Below are positions 18,481 to 24,868 of a stretch of 38,036 nt of DNA, piece after piece. The position numbers and the translations under genes were made by a program. Below the pieces are notes generated by a model, which saw nothing but the letters and a program-made list of their open reading frames with translations, was not told where the DNA came from and made no database searches. Origin of the DNA: Anaerovoracaceae bacterium (GTDB lineage Bacteria; Bacillota; Clostridia; Peptostreptococcales; Anaerovoracaceae); contig JBGUME010000020.1 in assembly GCA_045116695.1 (NCBI GenBank), forward strand, positions 1-38,036, written 5' to 3'. Within the stretch, counting starts at the first letter, position 1. Every line of letters starts with the position of its first letter.

Positions 18481-18658
18481 GATTGTATCGAATGTAAGAC
18501 CTTAAGATAGGCAATGATATGAAACCGAAAGGAAAGACTGTCCCTGCCGGATGGCTTAATGATAGCGCGCAAGCGGAGCTGTCCTATGCCAGTTTGATCC
18601 ATGGTTTGTGATTACGATTGCAGCCTATCCGGATCTTAACCCGCGAGGGAGCATAGGA
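18364..18658 (+). ncRNA. Predicted DGR RNA (TR plus a 178-nt spacer upstream of the RT)
   Basis: Non-coding stretch between the avd stop and the likely RT start. The call is by analogy to the BPP-1 TR-Sp RNA. Boundaries are not determinable from sequence. Confidence 0.4.
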
Positions 18659-19822
18659 ATGATTTTAACAAGTGATATGAATGTTCTGTATGATGCATTC
18701 AGAGCTTCAATGAACAGTAGCTCCTGGAAGACTGAGCCTCAGAGGTTTGAATCAGACTTCCTTATGGAGATAACACAGCTGTCAGATGAGTTGAATGACA
18801 GAACATATGTGACCAAGGAAAGAAATGTCTTCGTCACTCATGAAAGAGGTAAGGCGAGGCTGATCCATGGCGGCCGGATGCGAGATCGTGTGGTCAGGCA
18901 CGCTTTATGTGATACTGTCATGAATCCGATTATAGACAGATACATAATCCATAATAATTGCGCGAGTCAAGAAGGTAAGGGTGTAGACTTTGCCAGGAAG
19001 AACTTCGAGAAGGATCTTCATAATTACTGGCTTGAGCACCGGACAAACGACGGCTGGATCTGCTTCATAGACTTCTCAAAGTTTTATGACAACATCCGGC
19101 ACGACAGAGTCAAAGAGTCCGTCTGCAGGATCCTTGATGAACACTCCGCCTGGTTATTCTCGAGTATCATTGATACCTTCAAGGTGGATGTCTCCTATAT
19201 GTCAGATGAGGAGTATGAAGGATGTATAGACCGGAAGTATAACTCGATCGAATACTATGAGACCATCCCGGAGGAGCTTCGGACCGGGAAGAAGTTCATG
19301 GCCAAGTCCGTGGATATCGGAGACCAGATATCGCAGAGCATCGGAGTATTCTTTCCTACTCCGATAGATAACTACATCACTATAGTCAGAGGATTCAAGC
19401 GGGCCGGAAGATACATGGATGATATCTATATGATCCATCACGACCGGGATTATCTCATCGAGACTCTTGAGGGAGTATGCGAACAGGCCGAGCGCCTGGG
19501 CCTGTATATCAATAAGAAGAAGACTCATATCTGCAGGTTATCAGATAAGTATAAATATCTTCAGTTCAGATATACGCTCACCGAGACCGGCAAGGTCATA
19601 AAGAGGATCAATCCCAAGGCAACGACCAGGGAGAGAAGAAAACTGAAAGCATACAAGAACCTGCTTGATAAGGGTGAGATTGAGTATGAAGATATAAAGC
19701 AGGCATACATGAGCTGGATGGGAAACTATGCGCGTGTTATGTCCAAGAAACAAGTTAAGAACATGAAGGAACTATATAAACAACTATTTAAGGAGGATCT
19801 ACGATGGAAGGCAAAAAACTGA
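18659..19822 (+). CDS. DGR reverse transcriptase
   Basis: Motif A FIDFSKFYD, the DGR-specific IGDQISQ (IGxxxSQ) and YMDD are present. AGGGAG lies before ATG 18659 (the ORF track begins at GTG 18608). Confidence 0.9.
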   Translation: MILTSDMNVLYDAFRASMNSSSWKTEPQRFESDFLMEITQLSDELNDRTYVTKERNVFVTHERGKARLIHGGRMRDRVVRHALCDTVMNPIIDRYIIHNNCASQEGKGVDFARKNFEKDLHNYWLEHRTNDGWICFIDFSKFYDNIRHDRVKESVCRILDEHSAWLFSSIIDTFKVDVSYMSDEEYEGCIDRKYNSIEYYETIPEELRTGKKFMAKSVDIGDQISQSIGVFFPTPIDNYITIVRGFKRAGRYMDDIYMIHHDRDYLIETLEGVCEQAERLGLYINKKKTHICRLSDKYKYLQFRYTLTETGKVIKRINPKATTRERRKLKAYKNLLDKGEIEYEDIKQAYMSWMGNYARVMSKKQVKNMKELYKQLFKEDLRWKAKN

Positions 19823-20112
19823 CAATGATACTTTCAGATGGCACCAAGCTGACAGATCTGTCTCTTAATGGGAATAACTATATTTCCAGCAAGAAGGTCA
19901 CAGCTGCCGACTTTGAGGGCAAACTGCAGAAGGTTATGGTGACTGACGGCAAGGAACAGGAGACATACAACAACTGCCGCCTGGTCCAGATAACACAGGA
20001 AGGCAAGGACTACTGGTTTGTTATTGAAGAGATGTCTCAGCAGGAGCTCTTTATGCTGCAGACACAGGCTAACATCGATTATATAGCAGCGATGGTTGAT
20101 ATCGAATTATAA
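19804..20112 (+). CDS. Hypothetical protein
   Basis: AAGGAGG lies 7 nt before the ATG. 102 aa. Confidence 0.5.
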   Translation: MEGKKLTMILSDGTKLTDLSLNGNNYISSKKVTAADFEGKLQKVMVTDGKEQETYNNCRLVQITQEGKDYWFVIEEMSQQELFMLQTQANIDYIAAMVDIEL

Positions 20113-20123
20113 GGAGGGATACT

Positions 20124-20279
20124 ATGCACAGCAAGAACTACGAAAAAGTAAAGACATACTATGATACAGGCGTATGGAGCAAAGAAAAGGTGCATGATAT
20201 GGTCACTCATCCTGAGAGCAATCCGTGGATCACTCCGGACGAGTACGAGGAGATCACTGGTGAAAAGTATGAGCCTTGA
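20124..20279 (+). CDS. XkdX-family small phage protein (51 aa)
   Basis: MHSKNYEKVKTYYDTGVWSKEKVHDMV...ITPDEYEEITGEKY matches the XkdX pattern. AAGGAGGG RBS. Too short for the ORF track. Confidence 0.65.
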   Translation: MHSKNYEKVKTYYDTGVWSKEKVHDMVTHPESNPWITPDEYEEITGEKYEP

Positions 20280-20409
20280 GAAACTTGTAATTGAGCAGGA
20301 AGAACAGATCGAGAGACAGAGTAGAGTCATCCGGGATCTGCTCATGCAAGTTATCCAGCTTAAGCAGCTGGTGAGCGAGATGATGGATGCGGAGGATGAT
20401 GCAAAGTGA
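20269..20409 (+). CDS. Small coiled-coil protein (46 aa)
   Basis: Internal ATG of track ORF 20161-20409. It overlaps the XkdX stop and the next gene's start. Confidence 0.3.
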   Translation: MSLEKLVIEQEEQIERQSRVIRDLLMQVIQLKQLVSEMMDAEDDAK

Positions 20410-20942
20410 AAAGAATAATAAGACTGTTTGTGATGGTGGCATGCGTCTTGATGATGCATGTCACTGTTTATGCTGAGATAAACTACGATCTTCTGTACAA
20501 CTGGGCATATCAGCCGGCCAACGTGCAGATGAATCTCGTGCTTCAAAATACAAATATACAGGTTGTAGATAGACTTCCGTGGGAATCTCCGGATCTCTAT
20601 GAAACTTATGCATATACGACTATGAATGTGGTTCCTGGAACGCGGTATGTATCCAGTATTGATATGTATATCAAGAAAGGATGCGAGTATGCCCTGACTC
20701 ATGAAGTTGGCCACTGCATAAGCAACTACAATCATTCTGTATATTGGTGGTGTGAACAGCCTATATATGATCAGATCTGGCAGATCGAGAGGCGAAACTG
20801 CATCCTGTTATATCAAGGTTGGGATAATAAGCTTGAGTATTTTGCATGTGCTTATGATGCATATATAAGATATCCTGAGATGCTTAAGCAATCATGTCCC
20901 ATGACATACAACTACATCCAGGTAGTTTTAAACTATACATAA
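20406..20942 (+). CDS. Secreted zinc metallopeptidase-like protein (HExxH; ATLF/M34, Pro-Pro-endopeptidase-like)
   Basis: Signal peptide MKRIIRLFVMVACVLMMHVTVYA, then THEVGHC (HExxH), then a downstream EYFACAYDAY that resembles the ATLF-domain EYFAE motif. Confidence 0.55.
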   Translation: MKRIIRLFVMVACVLMMHVTVYAEINYDLLYNWAYQPANVQMNLVLQNTNIQVVDRLPWESPDLYETYAYTTMNVVPGTRYVSSIDMYIKKGCEYALTHEVGHCISNYNHSVYWWCEQPIYDQIWQIERRNCILLYQGWDNKLEYFACAYDAYIRYPEMLKQSCPMTYNYIQVVLNYT

Positions 20943-20956
20943 TACAGGAGGGGCCG

Positions 20957-21352
20957 ATGGATCAGACAATAACACTGCAGGCGCTTGTACAAAGTGCGGC
21001 GCTAATAGTAGGCATGTGGGGATTTATAAAAATAATAATGGAGATCGTCAAAGCTATCAATGCGAGACATGACAAAGAAATGGAATGGGACAGGACTAAG
21101 GAAGACCTCGAAAAAGGAAGGCAGGAGATAATTGAAAGGTACGATCAGAAGTTATCAGAACTCGAAAAGATGATCGTTGAAAATTATGCACAGACAGAAG
21201 CAAAGATTCAGGAGCTTAATGCAATAAATCTTCTGTTGACTAAAAGTATAAGAGCTATCCTTGCCGGCCAGATCGAGCAGGGGCTTAACGGCCCGGTCAC
21301 GGAAGCAAAGCGAGCCCTAGATGAATTTATTGATAGTAAGGCGTTTGATTAA
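20957..21352 (+). CDS. Membrane-anchored coiled-coil protein (holin-like/BhlA-like architecture)
   Basis: AGGAGGGG RBS. One N-terminal TM (AALIVGMWGFIKIIMEIV) followed by a charged coiled coil. Confidence 0.45.
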   Translation: MDQTITLQALVQSAALIVGMWGFIKIIMEIVKAINARHDKEMEWDRTKEDLEKGRQEIIERYDQKLSELEKMIVENYAQTEAKIQELNAINLLLTKSIRAILAGQIEQGLNGPVTEAKRALDEFIDSKAFD

Positions 21353-21478
21353 ATGAAAAGAATACTCAAAGATATCCTGTCGCTGATTCTGATAGGATTA
21401 GGCATAATTGGAATATTCTATCTCGCGATCTTGTATGTCGCGGTCATTGTATTGCTCGGAGGACATATCCCTATATGA
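21353..21478 (+). CDS. Small hydrophobic membrane peptide (41 aa)
   Basis: MKRILKDILSLILIGLGIIGIFYLAILYVAVIVLLGGHIPI. The start abuts the upstream stop. Too short for the ORF track. Confidence 0.35.
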   Translation: MKRILKDILSLILIGLGIIGIFYLAILYVAVIVLLGGHIPI

Positions 21479-21573
21479 ACACAGTGTATCTGTATATATG
21501 CCTTATATCTATATGGCTGCCTGCGGCAGCAGGCATTGTGTTAGGCATCGTGTTGTGGCTGTCAGGAGGTTGA
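21475..21573 (+). CDS. Small hydrophobic membrane peptide (32 aa)
   Basis: ATGA overlap with the previous micro-ORF. MNTVYLYICLISIWLPAAAGIVLGIVLWLSGG. The stop lies 1 nt before the next ATG. Confidence 0.3.
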   Translation: MNTVYLYICLISIWLPAAAGIVLGIVLWLSGG

Positions 21574-21574
21574 T

Positions 21575-21907
21575 ATGAAGTATCCTATCACGAGGTTTGT
21601 GAAGTGGCTTAAGAGAACAAAAGAAAAGAGACATAACAAAGTCAGGGCCTTATTCTACAAGGTCCTTCTTATTTGCGTGGAAGTGTATGCTATGGCCATG
21701 CTGGGCATGTCCTACTATCTGGCATACATCGGCCGGGATGTTGTCCTGGAAGAACTCTCCAAGACGATAACGAAAGTTATCGTCTATCCGTTCATAGCAT
21801 TTACTATCAACCGGACAGTAGAGAACCTGGCCGAAAAGAATACAACGAAGTTTCATACTCCGATCGGGGAGATCCCGTTCGATGAAGAAGAGGAGGGAGA
21901 CGGATGA
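21575..21907 (+). CDS. Membrane protein of the lysis cassette
   Basis: 110 aa with a basic N-terminus, two hydrophobic helices and an acidic tail. AGGAGG RBS. Confidence 0.5.
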   Translation: MKYPITRFVKWLKRTKEKRHNKVRALFYKVLLICVEVYAMAMLGMSYYLAYIGRDVVLEELSKTITKVIVYPFIAFTINRTVENLAEKNTTKFHTPIGEIPFDEEEEGDG

Positions 21908-22194
21908 AAGAATTATTCATAACCGGATTATTTTTTGTATCAATACTGACAACGCTGACCGTGGAAGCGATCAAGAAACTCATGGAGGGCAAACCGTACA
22001 ATGCGAATCTCCTGGCCGCCATCGTGGCCACGGTCTTGTCTATATTCACGGCGATATTCTATGTGATGTATAACGCGGTATCGGTGAGCATTCAGGTCAT
22101 ACTGGCAACTATAGCCTTCGCGTTTTTCTCATGGCTTGCATCGATGGTCGGCTTTGATAAAATCAAGCAGCTCATCCAGCAGTTCACAAAATAA
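21904..22194 (+). CDS. Putative holin (3 TM)
   Basis: 96 aa with three hydrophobic helices and a charged C-terminus. It lies immediately upstream of the endolysin. Confidence 0.6.
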   Translation: MKELFITGLFFVSILTTLTVEAIKKLMEGKPYNANLLAAIVATVLSIFTAIFYVMYNAVSVSIQVILATIAFAFFSWLASMVGFDKIKQLIQQFTK

Positions 22195-22207
22195 GTGAGG
22201 TGATTCT

Positions 22208-23521
22208 ATGACACAGCAGGAACGGGAGCAGTGGATAGAAAAGCTTGCAGGATATGTGAAGCAGTACGCTCCACAGTTCAATATAAAAGTAATAAGTCCT
22301 ATTGTGGCCCAGGGGATACTTGAGAGCTCCTGCGGCACCAGCCCAAAGGGACAAAAGAATAACTTCTTCGGTCTCAAATACCGGCCGGGCCGCGTAACCT
22401 GCCACAGTGGATTATTTTGGGATGGTGGATCCGAACAGAATCCGGACGGTACATACAAGCCCATCACAGACCAGTGGTACGTCTTCCCGGATATGGAGAT
22501 GGGAGTCCTGGGATACTTTCAGTGGACGAATATCGCTGCATATTCTTCTCTCAAGAACCTCTCGGACCCGTATCAGTATCTGGTTAATATCAAGGCCTGC
22601 AATTATGCGACATCTCATGACTATGTTAAGAATGTATGGCAGAAGGTTATTGATTATGATCTGACGCGCTTCGATCATGTCGCTGCAAATGTGGTCTCGG
22701 ATGTTAAGGTGGCTATAGATGCCGGACACGGATCCGAGACAGCAGGCAAGAGAACTCCGGACGGGTACCGGGAGCATTGGATCAATGTATCGTGCGCATC
22801 CTTCGTCGATGCAGCACTCAAAAGATGCGGTATAAATACTCTCAGGGTAGCCTGGGATGATACGAATGCCAAGGACGATGAAGATCTGCCGCTGGCCAAC
22901 AGGCAGAAACTTATAAAGCTCAACAAGTGTCAGGTATCCGTAAGTATGCACGCGAACGCATACGGATCCGGATGGAATGATGCCCAGGGAGCAGAGACTT
23001 TGATAAGCAATAAAGCTCCGGGGGATTCTCTTGCGCTGGCCAAGAAGGTACAGTCATATCTTATCAAGGGAACTCCGCAGAAAAACAGGGGAGTGAAGAC
23101 TCAGGCCCTGGCCATGTGTAACTGTTCCACTATGGGAACCAAGGCATCTATACTCGTAGAGATCGGCTTCATGACCAACAAGGCCGAGGCGGATCTCATG
23201 AAGACGGATGCATTCTGCAGAGAGCAGGCGGAAGAAGTCGCTCATGGTATCTGCGATTATCTGGGAGTCTCATATGTGGAGTCTACAGATTCAGTGATAC
23301 ATACTATCGTCAACGAGATTAAGGAAGCTCCTAAGTCGAGCTATCTTGTAAGAATAGATACGGATGTCTTAAATGTCCGGGCAGGAGCCGGGACACAGTA
23401 TCCAAAGACAACAAAGGTTAAGCGCGGCCAGGTTTATACCATAGTCGATGAGCTTAACGGATGGGGCAAGCTTAAATCCGGCGCAGGATGGATCAAGCTG
23501 TCCTACACAAAAGAGATATAA
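22208..23521 (+). CDS. Endolysin: glucosaminidase + N-acetylmuramoyl-L-alanine amidase (Amidase_3) + SH3 wall-binding domain
   Basis: AQGILESSCGTS...NNFFGLKY (glucosaminidase). VAIDAGHGSETAGKRTP...VSMHANAY...LVEIGFMTN (Amidase_3). C-terminal VRAGAGTQYPK...GWGKLKSGAGWI (SH3). Confidence 0.9.
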   Translation: MTQQEREQWIEKLAGYVKQYAPQFNIKVISPIVAQGILESSCGTSPKGQKNNFFGLKYRPGRVTCHSGLFWDGGSEQNPDGTYKPITDQWYVFPDMEMGVLGYFQWTNIAAYSSLKNLSDPYQYLVNIKACNYATSHDYVKNVWQKVIDYDLTRFDHVAANVVSDVKVAIDAGHGSETAGKRTPDGYREHWINVSCASFVDAALKRCGINTLRVAWDDTNAKDDEDLPLANRQKLIKLNKCQVSVSMHANAYGSGWNDAQGAETLISNKAPGDSLALAKKVQSYLIKGTPQKNRGVKTQALAMCNCSTMGTKASILVEIGFMTNKAEADLMKTDAFCREQAEEVAHGICDYLGVSYVESTDSVIHTIVNEIKEAPKSSYLVRIDTDVLNVRAGAGTQYPKTTKVKRGQVYTIVDELNGWGKLKSGAGWIKLSYTKEI

Positions 23522-23546
23522 TCTCATGTTTGCTTTCCTCTTATCA

Positions 23547-23582
23547 GGGCCTACTTGTGCCGACAGGTAGGCCCATTTTTTA
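23547..23582 (+). terminator. Rho-independent terminator ending the late operon
   Basis: GGGCCTAC...GTAGGCCC stem, extendable through the loop, followed by ATTTTTTA. Confidence 0.7.
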
Positions 23583-23590
23583 TGCTCATT

Positions 23591-23616
23591 TTCGTGTCCA
23601 GTATTCGTGTCCAGTA
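23591..23616 (+). repeat. Tandem 13-bp direct repeat TTCGTGTCCAGTA x2 (candidate integrase arm-type sites, P arm)
   Basis: Perfect tandem copy. The GTGTCCAGT core recurs twice on the other side of the attP core. Confidence 0.5.
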
Positions 23617-23704
23617 GTTGTCTATCCGGGTGTAATATTGACTAATATGTTGGATATCGTCTATTATAGTAGACAAGTAAAAATTCAGGCTTGATGCATA
23701 TTTG

Positions 23705-23733
23705 TAGACAAACGGCTTAGATACGGGTATAAT
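23705..23733 (+). promoter_or_regulatory. Near-consensus sigma-A promoter (TAGACA-17 nt-TATAAT)
   Basis: 5/6 and 6/6 matches with a 17-nt spacer. It points into the tRNA-like attP core. Confidence 0.4.
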
Positions 23734-23751
23734 GTTCGAAGAGCCTGCGAA

Positions 23752-23774
23752 GGGTTCAAGTCCCACCGCCGGCA
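23752..23774 (+). other. attP core mimicking a tRNA 3' end (T-loop plus 3' acceptor strand, class-II/tRNA-Leu-like)
   Basis: GGGTTCAAGTCCCACCGCCGGCA has the TTCAAGT T-loop, the CCCAC T-stem strand, the CGCCGGC acceptor strand and a discriminator A. No 5' half is present. Confidence 0.5.
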
Positions 23775-23779
23775 CTACA

Positions 23780-23812
23780 AGAGCTCAGTGTTTACTGAGC
23801 TCTTTTTCTTTT
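23780..23812 (+). terminator. Rho-independent terminator after the tRNA-like core
   Basis: AGAGCTCAGT-GTTT-ACTGAGCTCT forms a perfect 10-bp stem, followed by TTTTCTTTT. The integrase stop codon lies in the loop on the opposite strand. Confidence 0.65.
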
Positions 23813-24868
23813 GTGTCCAGTTTTGTGTCCAGTAGTTTGCAGATTAGAGAAATAATCATTGATCTTATTGTTAGCTTTCTGGGCTTCCTGATCCAACGCG
23901 TGCCGGTATATATTTTTGAGAGTAGAATCGGATTCCCATCCGCCTCGCTGCATTATATACGCGTCAGGAATGCCGATAGCGTGTTGAATCGATGCTGAGT
24001 AGTGTCTGAGATCGTGAAAGCGAAAATAAGGCACTCCTGCGCGCCTCAGAAGCCTATGAAAACGCTCGGTAACAGAGTTCGGATTCAGACTTATGATCTG
24101 ACCTTTTATTCCCTTGAGCTCTTTCATCACAAAATCAGGCATGGAGATGAACCTGTCTCCGGCCTCGGTCTTCGGTATCATCTTAAGTTCCCACTCATTA
24201 TCCTTCCGGAGCACAATAGCCTTGTGCACATGGATCACATTCCCGGATATATCAGAATCAGTCAAGGCACATATCTCTGAGCGTCTCATAGGACCATATG
24301 CAGCCAGCAGGATAGCAATGAGCATGTCTCTGTCCTTCTCCTTCCGAATCTGGTTGATGACCTTCACGACCTCATCATCGGACGGAATATACAGATCCGG
24401 CTTCGACTTAGCCGGGAGAGCCGTTGTGAGACGCATAGAGGGCCGTTCTTTTTTAAAGACAGAAGATATAAGGCCGTGCATGTTCCTGACGGATTTTGAG
24501 CTTAATCCGGACGCACAGGCATTATTTACGAAGTTCTGTATATCATCCTGGGTAATGTCATCGATCTTGCGGGGTCTGAGTGAGTCGAAGTTGTTCTCGG
24601 CCAGCTGCTTATATCCCCGGATAGTGGAAGCACTGAGTACAGATTCCCTTCCAGCGATGTAACCATCAAGAGCCTCGCCGAATGTGAGGATCTTATTGGA
24701 AGCAGCTTCCCGCTTCTCCAGCATATATTTTGTTGCGAGATATTCAGCTTCCTTCTTTGTGGCTGCCGTAAACGACTTCCGGATATCCTTGCCGTTCTTA
24801 TCCTTGCCGACATATACCCGGACACGATATTGACCTGAAGGGAGCTTCCTTGCGGTTGCCATATTCAT
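23792..24868 (-). CDS. int: Tyrosine recombinase / phage integrase
   Basis: N-terminal arm-binding-like RKLPSGQYRVRVYVGKDKNGK, then HDLRHYSAS, GGW...LKNIYRH (catalytic Tyr region). It is adjacent to attP. Confidence 0.9.
   Translation of the reverse strand: MNMATARKLPSGQYRVRVYVGKDKNGKDIRKSFTAATKKEAEYLATKYMLEKREAASNKILTFGEALDGYIAGRESVLSASTIRGYKQLAENNFDSLRPRKIDDITQDDIQNFVNNACASGLSSKSVRNMHGLISSVFKKERPSMRLTTALPAKSKPDLYIPSDDEVVKVINQIRKEKDRDMLIAILLAAYGPMRRSEICALTDSDISGNVIHVHKAIVLRKDNEWELKMIPKTEAGDRFISMPDFVMKELKGIKGQIISLNPNSVTERFHRLLRRAGVPYFRFHDLRHYSASIQHAIGIPDAYIMQRGGWESDSTLKNIYRHALDQEAQKANNKINDYFSNLQTTGHKTGHKRKRAQ
23809..23832 (+). repeat. Tandem 12-bp direct repeat TTTTGTGTCCAG x2 (candidate arm-type sites, P' arm)
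   Basis: Same GTGTCCAGT core and orientation as 23591-23616. It lies within the integrase 3' end and encodes TGHKTGHK. Confidence 0.45.

Noticed and set aside
18298-18510. 70-aa ORF spanning the TR (…RANWWLRDVVNSTNFANVNSNGNANNNNASNSNGVRPDF…)
   Set aside because: It is only the in-frame translation of the template repeat. It has no RBS and overlaps the avd 3' end. The Asn-rich string reflects the AAY-rich design of a TR and is not a protein.
20079-20735. 218-aa minus-strand ORF
   Set aside because: It is antisense to well-supported plus-strand genes (XkdX, metalloprotease). It has no RBS and a Ser/Ile/His/Cys-rich, junk-like composition.
23741-23776. Possible tRNA gene next to the integrase
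   Set aside because: Only a T-loop, the 3' T-stem strand and the 3' acceptor strand are present. The 5' T-stem strand does not pair (AAGGG vs CCCAC). There is no acceptor 5' strand, D arm or anticodon arm upstream. It is interpreted as an attP core and not as a gene.
23732-23998. 88-aa plus-strand ORF starting in the attP region
   Set aside because: It overlaps the integrase 3' end in antisense. Its ATG lies inside the predicted -10 box. No RBS is present.
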